Part shown: positions 12,262 to 25,285 of the stretch, in pieces | How positions within the stretch are numbered: position 1 is the first letter of the stretch | Layout: each line of letters opens with the position of its first letter | Assembly (NCBI RefSeq): GCF_001194135.2 | Contig: NC_068984.1 | Location: forward strand, 4,123,939-4,187,938 | Direction of reading: 5' to 3' | DNA: 64,000 bases | Source: Octopus bimaculoides | Taxonomy: Eukaryota | The notes under the pieces: generated by a model | Database searches by the model: none | The model's input: the letters and a program-made list of their open reading frames with translations, nothing else | Told to the model about the DNA's origin: nothing | Program-made: the position numbers and the translations under genes

Positions 12262-12480
12262 ATCATCATCATCATCATCATCGTTTAACGTCCGCTTTCC
12301 ATGCTAGCATGGGTTGGACAATTTGACTGAGGACTGGCAAGCCAGAAGGCTGCACCAGGCTCCAATCTGATCTGGCAGAGTTTCTACAGCTGGATGCCCT
12401 TCCTAACGCCAACCACTCTGAGAGTGTAGTGGGTGCTTTTACATGCCACTGGCATGGTACTGACAATGGCCATGCTCAAA
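12262..12480 (-). mobile_element. RTE-type 3'-tail element
   Basis: Reverse complement of 7281-7435 with extension. Confidence 0.7.
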
Positions 12481-12777
12481 ATGAAGAGTGCAAAGCCAGC
12501 GGGTGGTTTGTTGACAGGAGAAATGACACCACAGTACTTGTGGCCTTTTGAATACACACACACATACACACATCACTACCTTCATCCTCACCATCATCTG
12601 ACATTTACTTTCCATGCTGGCATAGGTTTGATGTGTCAGAGTCATCCTGTATTTGAAGTTACTGCTGTCTTTGCTGAGTTAAGAAGTTTTATTTTTGGTT
12701 TGGTTCAGCTGACCTTCCTAACATCAGTCACACTTTACTCAGTGTACTGGATGTATTTTATCATGGCACCAGCATCT

Positions 12778-12804
<27 letters not shown>

Positions 12805-12809
<5 letters not shown>

Positions 12810-12970
12810 ACATAATTAAGGGATCAGCAAGCATTTGCTTCACCATATACCGAAGTTCAGAAATAGCAGCTAAAAAAGCTGAGACTCCAACAGATAGCAT
12901 TACTTGTAACTCAATGCTAACTGTTGGAGTCTCAGCTTTTTTAGCTGCTATTTCTGAACTTCGGTATATG
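12805..12970. mobile_element. Fold-back element: perfect 50-bp inverted arms 12844-12893 / 12921-12970 running into a gap
   Basis: Arms are exact reverse complements; homologous to the 32590 element; starts in (TA)n. Confidence 0.7.
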
Positions 12971-13883
12971 NNNNNNNNNNNNNNNNNNNNNNNNNNNNNN
13001 NNNNNNNNNNNNNNNNNNNNNNNNNNNNNNNNNNNNNNNNNNNNNNNNNNNNNNNNNNNNNNNNNNNNNNNNNNNNNNNNNNNNNNNNNNNNNNNNNNNN
13101 NNNNNNNNNNNNNNNNNNNNNNNNNNNNNNNNNNNNNNNNNNNNNNNNNNNNNNNNNNNNNNNNNNNNNNNNNNNNNNNNNNNNNNNNNNNNNNNNNNNN
13201 NNNNNNNNNNNNNNNNNNNNNNNNNNNNNNNNNNNNNNNNNNNNNNNNNNNNNNNNNNNNNNNNNNNNNNNNNNNNNNNNNNNNNNNNNNNNNNNNNNNN
13301 NNNNNNNNNNNNNNNNNNNNNNNNNNNNNNNNNNNNNNNNNNNNNNNNNNNNNNNNNNNNNNNNNNNNNNNNNNNNNNNNNNNNNNNNNNNNNNNNNNNN
13401 NNNNNNNNNNNNNNNNNNNNNNNNNNNNNNNNNNNNNNNNNNNNNNNNNNNNNNNNNNNNNNNNNNNNNNNNNNNNNNNNNNNNNNNNNNNNNNNNNNNN
13501 NNNNNNNNNNNNNNNNNNNNNNNNNNNNNNNNNNNNNNNNNNNNNNNNNNNNNNNNNNNNNNNNNNNNNNNNNNNNNNNNNNNNNNNNNNNNNNNNNNNN
13601 NNNNNNNNNNNNNNNNNNNNNNNNNNNNNNNNNNNNNNNNNNNNNNNNNNNNNNNNNNNNNNNNNNNNNNNNNNNNNNNNNNNNNNNNNNNNNNNNNNNN
13701 NNNNNNNNNNNNNNNNNNNNNNNNNNNNNNNNNNNNNNNNNNNNNNNNNNNNNNNNNNNNNNNNNNNNNNNNNNNNNNNNNNNNNNNNNNNNNNNNNNNN
13801 NNNNNNNNNNNNNNNNNNNNNNNNNNNNNNNNNNNNNNNNNNNNNNNNNNNNNNNNNNNNNNNNNNNNNNNNNNNNNNNNNNN

Positions 13884-13932
<49 letters not shown>

Positions 13933-13990
13933 ATGTATGTATTGAAAAAATAGAGTCAACAAGAAGGAGTACAGTCAGACAGCTATTTGA

Positions 13991-14252
13991 TAAATACTAC
14001 ACATGTTTTGATACAACATATATCCACATATACACAGGATTCAAATTAAGCAATGGTTTACCTGTATAATGGCATCCAGTTGTATCTCCTCAGGTGATAT
14101 ACAGTCACTGTCCCTGTTAATAAAACTTTAACTTCAATGCTAACACATCCAACTATATATCACCTGGATCCCATTGTACAGGTAAACCATTGCTTAATTT
14201 AAATCCTCTGTGTATGTGGATCTATGTTGTATGGAAACATGTGTAGTGTTTA
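13991..14252. repeat. Imperfect inverted repeat, 89-bp arms (MITE-like)
   Basis: 13991-14079 vs 14164-14252, 9 mismatches by manual count. Confidence 0.8.
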
Positions 14253-14980
14253 TTAGATTGAACTTGTGTGTGTGTGTGCATATATATCTATAACTGACCA
14301 GCTGCATTTCAGTTTCCATTTACCAAATCCACAAGTTTTGGTCATCCCTGAGTAAAAGTGGAAGACACAGGTGCAAGTTGCTGCGTTCTAGGACTGAACC
14401 TCAAACTGCATGGCTGGGAAGGAAGCCTTGTGTGTGTTTGTGTGTCTGTATGTTTCTGTATGTTTCTTTCTGTGTCTGTTTCTTTATACATAAGTGGTGC
14501 TTATGTTTGTTTGTGTCACATAAATACTATCTTCTGTAACTTGGTGGTCTGACTTTCAGAGCCCAATGGAATAAAACAGTACCTAACTCAGAAATCAAGG
14601 GTTGGCATCAGGAAGAGCATCCAACCCTGAAATGGTGCCTCATTCAGACATGTCCAACTCATGGTTATATGGAAGAAAAAAAAAGCAGACATAAAAAAAA
14701 AAACCAATGACAATGGTGATGACGTCACCCATTACTAAACAACAGTTTTGCAATGAATGCAATAACCTGGCAGTATTTTGTTTGTTTGTTTTCTCTTCTT
14801 TTCCAAATAATGTTTGTTTCCTGATTAATTATTCAACATTTAGTGAAGAAATAACAGAAATGAAGTTACAACTCTAACACTTAGACAAATATTAAAAATC
14901 AAGTGAAGAAAGAGACATCAGACATGTTAGAAGAAGGGGGCGGTAATAATAATAATAATAAGAAGAAGAAGAAGAGTAAT

Positions 14981-15340
14981 AAGAGCACTCAGAGAGTGCG
15001 AACCTCTGCCAAGGCAACACTGTCTTCTCAATGATTAGCCAGAGATGATTTTTAAAATGAGAATATCTGAAATAAACTCGATTGCTCTCATAAACGAGAA
15101 TACTAAAAATGAACCTGACTGCTCTCAAAAATTAAGTAAAAAAACAGGAAACATAATCCAGAATCCTTGTCCAGTACTAGATTGATCCCAAAATCTAATC
15201 AGTTTGTGCCAGTCACGAGGCCAAACATTCCTGAAAGTTTCATCCGAATCCATCCAGCAGTTCTTAAGATATCTTGTCCATGGACAAACAAACAAACACA
15301 ACTGAAAACAATACCTCTGCCTTTGCTAAGGAGGAGCTAA
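14981..15340 (+). mobile_element. Probable non-autonomous Helentron/HINE-like element
   Basis: 5' AACCTCTGCCAAGGC and 3' TACCTCTGCCTTTGCTAAGGAGGAG (subterminal repeat plus hairpin); sits between TAATAA tracts. Confidence 0.45.
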
Positions 15341-15357
15341 TAATAATAATGATAATG

Positions 15358-15500
15358 TTTTCGAGTTTAGGCACAGGGCCAGCAATTTCGGGAGAGGAAT
15401 GGGTTGATTAGATTGATCCCAGTGCTCAACTGGTTCTTATTTGACTCTGAATGAATGGAAGGCAAAGTCAACCTTGGCAGAGTGTGAACTTAGAATGTCT
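15358..15500 (-). mobile_element. SINE family C fragment
   Basis: Degenerate reverse complement of the CTTTGCCTTTCATCC..AAGTACCAGTT domain. Confidence 0.55.
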
Positions 15501-16324
15501 TGAAGCCATCAAGTGTTCAAAACCCTCCTGATGATCTTTGCAGTTCCTAAGAGACAAACCTTCTGTAGCACTACAGGACATTCCATTCTAGTCTCCTTCA
15601 TCCATTTGTCTATGTCATCCCTTTACAGATTTCAAGTTCCAAATCCTTACAATTTCAGATTTAAAGGGATTTAGTTTTTCAAATTTTAATCTGCTTTCTT
15701 CACAGTCCTGAAATCAAATGGACATGATGGATTAATCAGAATGCAAATTCTACTTAACTTGTCTTTACTGTAATATTGCGTTTGTTATGTTCCTTAAAAC
15801 CCTTGCTGAGTCTATTGTGAAGATTCTCCTGCCTCCTTCCTTTGGTCAGGAAGGGCAGGCTGTGTTTGCCTGGTGGTCTTAGTGAAAGAGGTTGTATAGG
15901 CAACAAGGTTGAAAGGACTAAAGACTGATACTTGACCCTCTTTGGCCAAGCCCTTGTCAGCGTTTTCAAGTTTCACTTGAAAAGGAAAGTGATGGTAGAA
16001 ATGGAAGTGCTGCCTCCCACCAATTTTGTTGAAGGGTGAGTGAATGTGGCAACAATGGTCTGAGTGAACATTCTAAGCATGCACCTGTAAATTGAAAGAA
16101 AATGATATGGAGAGGGCAGGGCAGCCATGGTTTTGTGCGGATTTCACTAGCAGCCCTAGAAAGTTGCCCACTTTTGAGGAATTATTCATTGTCAAAATTT
16201 ATTTTATCTTCATTTTTCTACATTTTACACTCTTCTTTATGTAATCTCTCATTGTATTGTCCTGTGCCAGCCCTCAAATATTTTATATTATTTTGTAAAC
16301 CCTTAGTGATAAATAAAGAAAGCT

Positions 16325-16640
16325 TTATTGTTGTTGTTGCTATATCATGAAAAATCTCAGCTTTATTTTTGCTGGCTATGATGGAAAATGTCAGCTATCC
16401 ACAGCCAGCAGACTAAGGTGACACTTGTTTACTGATCATGCTTCAAGAACCCTACGGACAACTCTTGCAGTTCCAAGCAATGAGGATTTTTGTAGTTCTT
16501 CTATCTTTACATTTATTCTAATCTTCTTGAGCCATGTTGGTTGTTCAATACTGATACCTCCAAGTGCACCAATCTCTATTTGCATCACAGCCACTTTCTT
16601 CATTGCCCACGACCTGCATATTCCTCACTTCAATTCATCA
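16325..16640 (-). mobile_element. 3' end of an RLE-type (R4/CRE/NeSL-like) non-LTR retrotransposon
   Basis: Minus strand encodes ..KKVAVMQIEIGALGG..IEELQKSSLLGTARVVRRVLEA* (stop 16436-16438), then a 3'UTR and (CAA)n. Confidence 0.7.
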
Positions 16641-16657
16641 TAGTTTTGTTGTTGTTG

Positions 16658-16706
<49 letters not shown>

Positions 16707-17036
16707 CAGCTTTTGATTTTATGTTCCTAATATATCTTACTGAAGAAATTATTGATCTATTTTTACATTACATTTGACACATTTCAATCAATTTAGATTA
16801 GTAATTCTCTTTCAAACACTCTCTTTTCTTTTTCTATGCATTTACTAGACAATTTTTAAAAACTAAATTTCTTTACAAAAAGAAATATTTTTCCTGCTCT
16901 TTTATTAGAGATACTTGATAGTGAATTATCTTGCATGTATATAGGTATATATGTACATATATATATATTGTGAGTTGTATATTTATATATAAGATAATGA
17001 ATTAGTTATATATATGTATTTGTATGTGTGTGTATG

Positions 17037-17093
<57 letters not shown>

Positions 17094-17165
17094 ATATAAT
17101 AATTGATGAGGGAAATGGAAGATAGGTTTAGCACTAGTCTTTATTCTCATTGGTCCAAAAATTAT

Positions 17166-17196
<31 letters not shown>

Positions 17197-17556
17197 CATG
17201 TACTCACTCACACACATATATGTATGTGTGTACATATATATGTGTGTGTGTGTGAGAGAGAGAGAGGTCTTTGTCTTGCATGTTACTTGGTGACCCCGTC
17301 AGTGCAGGTATCACTTAAAAAGCATTCAGTCCACACTGAAGTGGTTGGCATTTGGAAAGGCATCCAGCTGTAAAAATCTTGCCAAAACTCACTTTGCATG
17401 TGCTTGTGCCACATAATTTGCACTTGCCACCATCCATCTCTTTCTCTTCCTTTATTCCACCATCCCATTTATATTCTGATTCCTGTTCCTTGTGAGTATC
17501 CCTCAGCACTTCACCACCATCTCTCTACTGCTCTTTCTTGTGCTCTTGATATATCA

Positions 17557-17614
<58 letters not shown>

Positions 17615-17662
17615 NNNNNNNNNNNNNNNNNNNNNNNNNNNNNNNNNNNNNNNNNNNNNCTC

Positions 17663-17709
<47 letters not shown>

Positions 17710-17819
17710 TTCTGGCTGGGTAACCATGTACTTCCCTCCTCTACAACAAGACACCTGTTTCTGCCTCTCTGTCTCTCTGTCACACTTGAACCTTTCATCA
17801 TCTGACACAAGACTACCTC

Positions 17820-18174
17820 TTTCAATGCCCCCTCCCCTCTTAAAGGATCCTTGTCTTGCAAGTTACTTAGTGACCCTACCAGTGTTGGTGTCACATAAAA
17901 TGCGGCTGGCATTTGGAAGGGCATCCAGTCATAAAAAGCTTGACAAAACTGACCTCGCCTGTGCTTGTGCCAAGTAAAAAGCACTAAGTCCACTCTGTTG
18001 CGTGGTTGGTGTTAGGAAGGGCATCCTAACTCTATAACTGTAAAAGGAAGGGCATCCAGCTGTAAAAATCCTGCCAAAACAGTCACAGAATTCTGGTGCA
18101 GGCTTCTACCTGGCCAGCTTCTGCTAAACCATCCCACCCATGCCAGCATGGAAGGTGGACGTTAAACGATGATG

Positions 18175-18178
<4 letters not shown>
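17820..18178 (+). mobile_element. RTE-type 3'-tail element, internally duplicated
   Basis: Repeated GGAAGGGCATCC motif; ends GGACGTTAAAC(GAT)n. Confidence 0.65.
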
Positions 18179-18214
<36 letters not shown>

Positions 18215-18640
18215 NNNNNNNNNNNNNNNNNNNNNNNNNNNNNNNNNNNNNNNNNNNNNNNNNNNNNNNNNNNNNNNNNNNNNNNNNNNNNNNNNNNNNN
18301 NNNNNNNNNNNNNNNNNNNNNNNNNNNNNNNNNNNNNNNNNNNNNNNNNNNNNNNNNNNNNNNNNNNNNNNNNNNNNNNNNNNNNNNNNNNNNNNNNNNN
18401 NNNNNNNNNNNNNNNNNNNNNNNNNNNNNNNNNNNNNNNNNNNNNNNNNNNNNNNNNNNNNNNNNNNNNNNNNNNNNNNNNNNNNNNNNNNNNNNNNNNN
18501 NNNNNNNNNNNNNNNNNNNNNNNNNNNNNNNNNNNNNNNNNNNNNNNNNNNNNNNNNNNNNNNNNNNNNNNNNNNNNNNNNNNNNNNNNNNNNNNNNNNN
18601 NNNNNNNNNNNNNNNNNNNNNNNNNNNNNNNNNNNNNNNN

Positions 18641-18745
18641 TTTTTGAAGCCTGGTACTTATTGTGTTGGTTACTTTTGTGGAACTGCTAAGTTACTGAGA
18701 CATAAACATACCAACACCAGTTGTCAAGTGGTAGTGGGGAACAAA

Positions 18746-18785
<40 letters not shown>

Positions 18786-18960
18786 TATTTATATATTTAT
18801 ATATACTACAGACTTCTTTTAGTTCCCATGAATCAAATCCACTCACAAAGATTTGGTCAGATCAAGGCTATAGTAGAGAATACTTGCCCAAGGTACCACA
18901 CAATGGGACTGAACCCAGAACCATTTGGCTGGGAAGCAAACGTCTTAACCCCACAGTCAT
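18641..18960 (-). mobile_element. SINE family B
   Basis: Reverse complement of family B with internal (CA)n. Confidence 0.7.
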
Positions 18961-19289
18961 GCCATATATATGTATGTGTCAGGGTGTTCATGTGTATCAT
19001 CATCATCATCATCATCATCATCATATGTCTGGTCCGTTTTTCCATGCTGGCATGGGTTGGACAGTTTGACAGGAGTTGGCCAGCTGGGGCAGCTCACTAA
19101 ACTCCCTTTGTCTGTTTTGGCAGCCACATTACAGAGTGTGTTGGGTGCTTTCTACACAGCACCAACCAAAGTGCATTTCATGTGCAACTGGCACAAGTGC
19201 ATGGCACCAGCAACTGCACAGGACATTCCCTGTATGTATGGATGATCGTGATTTTATTTAGTTTTTCTTTTATTATTTTTTTTTTTTGT

Positions 19290-19660
19290 GTTTCAGTCAT
19301 TTAACTGTGGCCATGCTGGAACACTGCCTTGAAGGGTTTTATTTTTTTAAGTGTAGTACCTATTCTATCATTCTTTTGCTGAACCGCTAAGTTATGGGGA
19401 TGTAAACACACCAACACCAGTTGTCAAGTAGTCATAGAGATACAAACACAAAGACACACACATGGATATATACATATATATACACGCGCACATACACACA
19501 TATACGACAAGCTTCTTTCAGTTTCCGTCTACCAAATGCACTCAAGGCTTTGGTCAGCTTGAAGCTATAGTGGAAGACACTTGTCCAAAGTGCCATGCAG
19601 TGGGACTGAACCCAGACCCATATGGTTGGGAAGCAAGCACTTTAACACACAGCTACACCT
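19290..19660 (-). mobile_element. SINE family B
   Basis: Reverse complement of the full family B layout. Confidence 0.75.
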
Positions 19661-19959
19661 GCACCTATATATATTGTCATCGTTATTGTTTAATGTCCAG
19701 TTTCCACGCTGGTATGGGTTGGACTGTTCTATTGGTGCTGGCAAGCCAGCAGGCTGCACCAAGTTCTACCGTCTGTCTGCTTCCAGCCATAGAAACATAT
19801 CAGAGCAGATGGTAGAAGTTGGCTCAGTCTTCTAACTTGTCAGTTCCTGTCAAACCATCCAGCTCATGCCGGCATGGAAGGAGAACATTCAATGATAATG
19901 ATGGTGCTGACATATATGTATATACATAAATGTGTGTGTGAGTGTGTGCATTACCGTAT

Positions 19960-20180
19960 GAGAGTTACAAGCGGGTGTCATCATCGTGCACAGTGTCCCC
20001 TTCATTTCCAATTTTCTCTGGTCACAGGGAAATATTACTTCACTTGGAAATAGGTTAAGTTATGACCACAGGAGAGAGGCATCCAACCATAGGAAATGAT
20101 CCGCCTCAACATGTTTTGCCCAACTCATGTGAGCATGGAAAAGTGGACATTAGAAAAATGATGGTCATGACGATGATGAT
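19960..20180 (+). mobile_element. Short interspersed element with RTE-like tail (family F)
   Basis: GGAAATATTACTTCACTTGGAAA..GAGCATGGAAAAGTGGACATT..(GAT)n; related copies near 2880, 6420, 31630, 39190, 42710 and 53680. Confidence 0.55.
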
Positions 20181-20230
20181 GATATGTATGTATATAAACA
20201 CTAAGTTATTTTGCATATATCTATATATCA

Positions 20231-20297
<67 letters not shown>

Positions 20298-21343
20298 TGT
20301 TTTATAAACCTGTATTGCTGTTTCCTAAACAATACAACCTTGATAAGTATTTGTGTTTTTTTAAATGGATATTCATGTTTTATAAGCAATTCGATGTATT
20401 TAAATATCACATGAGATGTATTACTGTTTTTGTTGTTTTCAAGATGACATAAAATTGACTTCAAATGTAGTAAATAAAATATTTACTGCATTTTAATGAA
20501 AGCGGTATTGTTGATTACATTAATGCTGTTTACTTTGAAGTTGAAGTAAAAACATCTTTCAGTTGTGAATAGTTAAAACACTAACTGTTTGTAATGGCTT
20601 TAAAAAAATTTCTTTTTTGTGTTTTCTCTTAGATAAATTACATTTATTGGAGTTAATTTCCCCAGGGCAATTCTGTTTAAATTTGCTGCATAGAAATATA
20701 TTTTATATAAAACATATATGAATAAAGCAGTAAAACAGGAGAAAGGAAGAAAAATCGTATTAAATGTATCTCTGACAGAAATACCTTCATGCACATACAC
20801 ACACATTGTCATATCCATTGTAGTTAACGTCTTTATTGTTAAGTAATTAATTAACAATTATAAAGGTGAACTATAACCATTGCTGTGAGTGTTTGTATTG
20901 GCAGAGTGACCCTCCTAAAGTGCAATATCTGCTGGAACGTTTCAACAATCATGTGAAGTAAATACAAAATCTGTACGTGCGTATCTATATGCATGTAAAT
21001 GCAGGCTATGTAAGTGTGGGCTAACTTTTGGTGATTCATTCTATTGTCACTCAAAGTTTCTCACATATAAAGCATAAATCTGATCAATCAAGCAATATTT
21101 AATGAATTTTTGCGGATGGTGGTGTGCTTTGAGACCATTAACTTGATGAATTCTTATTAGTTAAAGCTGGTTAGATGGCCAAAAATGTTGCAGACCAAAA
21201 TGACTGGATTACTATGGTGTAAAGGAGGCTACCAAGTTGAGAAGATCTAACTTGACTGAAACATCCTCATAATATGGATATTACAATGAATACAGCCTGG
21301 AATCTTCCAGCTCTGGTAAAATATTTCTCACTAAATCATACTA

Positions 21344-22627
21344 TTAGGTCGTCAATTTATAGAAAAGAAAAAGAAGTTTGCTAATGTTTTCTAAATACAA
21401 GGAATAGTTTTATTCATCAAAGTATGCACTGATATTGTCAACACACTTTTGCCATTTCAGTGGTAGCTTGTCCAGCCAGGAACTGTAAAGGCCTCACAAT
21501 TTAGAGTCAATAAAATCTTGGAAGGTTTGTTTTACAGCATCATCAGAATTACATTTTTTTCCTATCAAAATGTTATCCAAATTCTGGAAGAAGTGGTAGT
21601 CAGTGGGGGCAAGATCAGGTGACTATGGTGGAACTTCCAACTCCAACTCCTGTACTTTCGCCAATGTCATTTTTGCGATTTGTGGTCTGGTGTTGTCTTG
21701 CAATAAAATAGGAGTGGATCTGTTGACTAATCTAGGCCGCTTTTTTTTGTGTTTTTTGTAAGTTTCGGTATCATTTGGTCCAGTTGGCTGCAGTATACTT
21801 CGGTCGTAATTGATGAGCCAGGTTTAATGAAATCATAATGGATCACACCTGCGCCAGACCACCAAACACATACCATCAGCTTCTTTTGATGAATTTTGCT
21901 TTTTGGACTGTGTTTTGGTGGCTCTTCTTTGTCCAACCATTGTGCTGAACGTTTACAGTTGTTGTAGTGGATCCATTTCTCATCACATGTTAGAATTCGA
22001 TTAAAAAATGATTCATTTTTGTGACTAGAAAGTAGCATAATGTAGGCTTCCAAACGTTGCTGTTTCTGATTTTCATTGAGTTCATGTGGAACCCACTTAT
22101 CCAAGTTTTTCACTTTACCAATTTGAACTAGGTGAGTCAATATTGTTTGCTTGTTTTACACCAAGCAACAACGATAATTCACAGGCACTTTGAGATGGAT
22201 CTGACTCAACCGTGGCATTCAGTTTGTCATTATCCACTTTTCTTTCTGGTCGACCGTGTTGCTCATTTGTAAGGTCAAAGTTACCAGAACGGAATTTTGC
22301 AAACCAATTTGATACTGTCTGCTGTTTAATAACATTAGAATGAAATACTCCATTAATATTCCGAGCTGTCTGTGATGCTGTATTTCCAAGAAAGAACTCA
22401 TATTTCAAAACTGTATGAATTTTCGACTTGTCCATCTCTAAACAAAAATAGCAAAAAATGAGTTATAAATGCTTTATAAAGTGCAAAATGAGAGTTAGAA
22501 TAAAGAAATAGACGTGTCAGCTTTCTAACAAAAAATAAAGCTTGTCAAAATACAATAATGGCACAAAATGAGCAGCTGTCAAAGTTCATCATATACCTTA
22601 CTACAAATTTCATACTTGACGACCTAA
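21344..22627 (-). mobile_element. Full-length mariner DNA transposon (DD34D, cecropia/Hsmar1-like), 1284 bp
   Basis: Perfect 12-bp TIR TTAGGTCGTCAA / TTGACGACCTAA, TA on both sides, transposase inside. Confidence 0.92.
21410..22435 (-). pseudogene. Frameshifted mariner transposase
   Basis: MDKSKIHTVLKYEF.., KLDKWVPHEL-like NLDKWVPHEL, ILTCDEKW, VWW, LLQDN, SPDLAPTDYHFF; split over at least 3 frames; stop at 21410-21412. Confidence 0.92.
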
Positions 22628-24140
22628 TATAAATCTTTCAATATACACAATGTTAAGATCAGCTACTCTCACCCAGACAACTTTGTTTCCCAGATTATAC
22701 ACAGCAGTCAGAAAAATACATCCACACAGCACCATCCCAATAGAAAATTACAGATGCTTTTATTAATTACTTAATTTTACTTCACTAGTTAAATGTTCAC
22801 TGTCTTCATTGGCAACAAATTCCATTGTAACTACTCCCCACTCCCCTATACACACGAAAACCATCTCAGAAAACAGTAAATCTAATTAAGACCAGTATAG
22901 AGTGAAGTGAGCACTTCTTTAGGTTGACTTACTGGATCTTTTTTAAAACGGGGGCCACATTTTTCATTAATGTTTTATGTAGTGTTTTTGGTACCGAAAG
23001 ACTTTCAAACTTCGTATACTTATCTATTTTGTGTTATAGAACAGAAAAATATTTTTGTATTCGAATTTATTTCATGTAAAAAATTGTCTTATTTCAATAA
23101 TTTCAACCAATCACTGACAAGTATTCAGTTGTTTACATTTACTCCTTTGGCTGATTAAGCGGTGTAAAGCGTATTTAATTTCCCTAGCTTCGTTTTGCTT
23201 TTTTCTTTTTAAATTTGCTGTTTTACCCTAACCCTAACCCTATCAGCGATAGAATTGTTTCNNNNNNNNNNNNNNNNNNNNNNNNNNNNNNNNNNNNNNN
23301 NNNNNNNNNNNNNNNNNNNNNNNNNNNNNNNNNNNNNNNNNNNNNNNNNNNNNNNNNNNNNNNNNNNNNNNNNNNNNNNNNNNNNNNNNNNNNNNNNNNN
23401 NNNNNNNNNNNNNNNNNNNNNNNNNNNNNNNNNNNNNNNNNNNNNNNNNNNNNNNNNNNNNNNNNNNNNNNNNNNNNNNNNNNNNNNNNNNNNNNNNNNN
23501 NNNNNNNNNNNNNNNNNNNNNNNNNNNNNNNNNNNNNNNNNNNNNNNNNNNNNNNNNNNNNNNNNNNNNNNNNNNNNNNNNNNNNNNNNNNNNNNNNNNN
23601 NNNNNNNNNNNNNNNNNNNNNNNNNNNNNNNNNNNNNNNNNNNNNNNNNNNNNNNNNNNNNNNNNNNNNNNNNNNNNNNNNNNNNNNNNNNNNNNNNNNN
23701 NNNNNNNNNNNNNNNNNNNNNNNNNNNNNNNNNNNNNNNNNNNNNNNNNNNNNNNNNNNNNNNCTTATATGGGGAAAGTAAGAAGAAAAAAGCGAAAATG
23801 CACATTGAATATCAAAAAAATAATGGCTTTTTTATGAAAAGTAACGATAAATATATACAATTAGATGAACTGATGTAGAATTAAGGAATAAAAGCTATTA
23901 TTTTGAATTATTAAAGGGATTCAAAGTCCACACACACACACACAATATATGCAAACACACACACACACACAAACAGTAAGAATAATGAATTTAGTACAAC
24001 TTTATTATTAGTTGTAAGAGCACCGCTTCATTTCTAACATTGTTGCCCATAAATGATTTCAAGTGAAAAGTTATGCAGGATGTGCTGTTGATTATATTGG
24101 GGTAATATTACAGACTAGCATCAAATTGTGCATTTTTACT

Positions 24141-25285
24141 GAGGGTGTGTGGTGGAGTACTTAGACTCAGGTTAGTCTTGCAGAATGGTATAGCTTACAG
24201 TTGCCTCTGCCTATGCCCCACAAGCGGGCCTACCAAATGAACAGAGGGATCGCTTTTATGATATTCTTCTGCAGGCTACCTCAAGGAAGAATGACAATTA
24301 CCTCATCTTTGTAGCTGGAGATTTTAATAGGCATGTCGGACAGCAACCTGATATTTTCCACGGTGTACATGGGGGCCATGGAGTTGGTGCCAGAAATGAA
24401 GAGGGAACTGGGCTCCTGGAGTTCTGCGAAGCAAATAGCCTATTGATCTGCAACACCAACTTCAGGAAGCCAGCTAGCCACCTGATAACCTATCAATCAG
24501 GTGACTCTGCTAACCAGATTGATTTCATTCTCACCAGACAGCGAGATACGTGGTTGCTCTTAAATACAAAGACCCTCCCTAGTGTAGAATGTAGTCCCCA
24601 ACATAGACTAGTTATTAGTGACTTTAGACTCGAGGCCAGAAGGATGCCAAAAAGCAGACCAATCTGGAAAGGAAGGACTTGGAATCTTAAGAACCCTTCA
24701 CATGGTCAGAGATTTAGGGGTATCTTTAGTGAAAAATTTGATGATAGGGAGGAGGAGCTATAGTCTTGTGACATAGAAGGCAATTGGGAATTCCTGTGAG
24801 ACAGCTTGCTGAGTGTCACAGACCAAATCTGTGGCTGGTGCAAAATGCCTTCCAGACCTACGGTAACATGGTGGTGGAACAATACTGTTGACAGGGTCAT
24901 TAGAGCAAAGAAACAGGCTTGGAAGGCCTGGAAGAGTGGGAGTAGCAGGGAACTGTATGAGATAGCCAAAAGGGAAGCTAAGAGACAAGTATATATAGCC
25001 AAAGGAGTAGCAGAAAAGCAGAAGTTTGCCAATGTTCAGCAAAATGAGGACCAAAGAACTGAAGTATTTCGGATTGCAAGACAGTGTGTGAGAGAAAACC
25101 GTGATGTCATAGGAGAGAAATGTGTCCACGTAGGTGATGGTGCACTTGCATTTAATGATTCTGCAAAGAGAGAGGCCTGGAAATGCCATTATGAAAGACT
25201 GCTGAATGTGGAGAATGAATGGGAGGAGGAGAGTCTGCTAAATGTTGAACCAATTGAGGGACCAGCTACCCGAATCGACAGTACT
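24141..25285 (+). mobile_element. RTE-clade LINE fragment: APE endonuclease plus linker
   Basis: AYAPQ, AGDFN, NTNFRKP, QIDFIL, QHRLVISDF, WWNNTVDRVIRAKKQAWK, AWKCHYERLLN; internal stop and frameshift. Confidence 0.9.

Noticed and set aside
23226-23243. CCCTAA repeats as an interstitial telomere
   Set aside because: Only about 3 units, next to a gap and probably part of a repeat element
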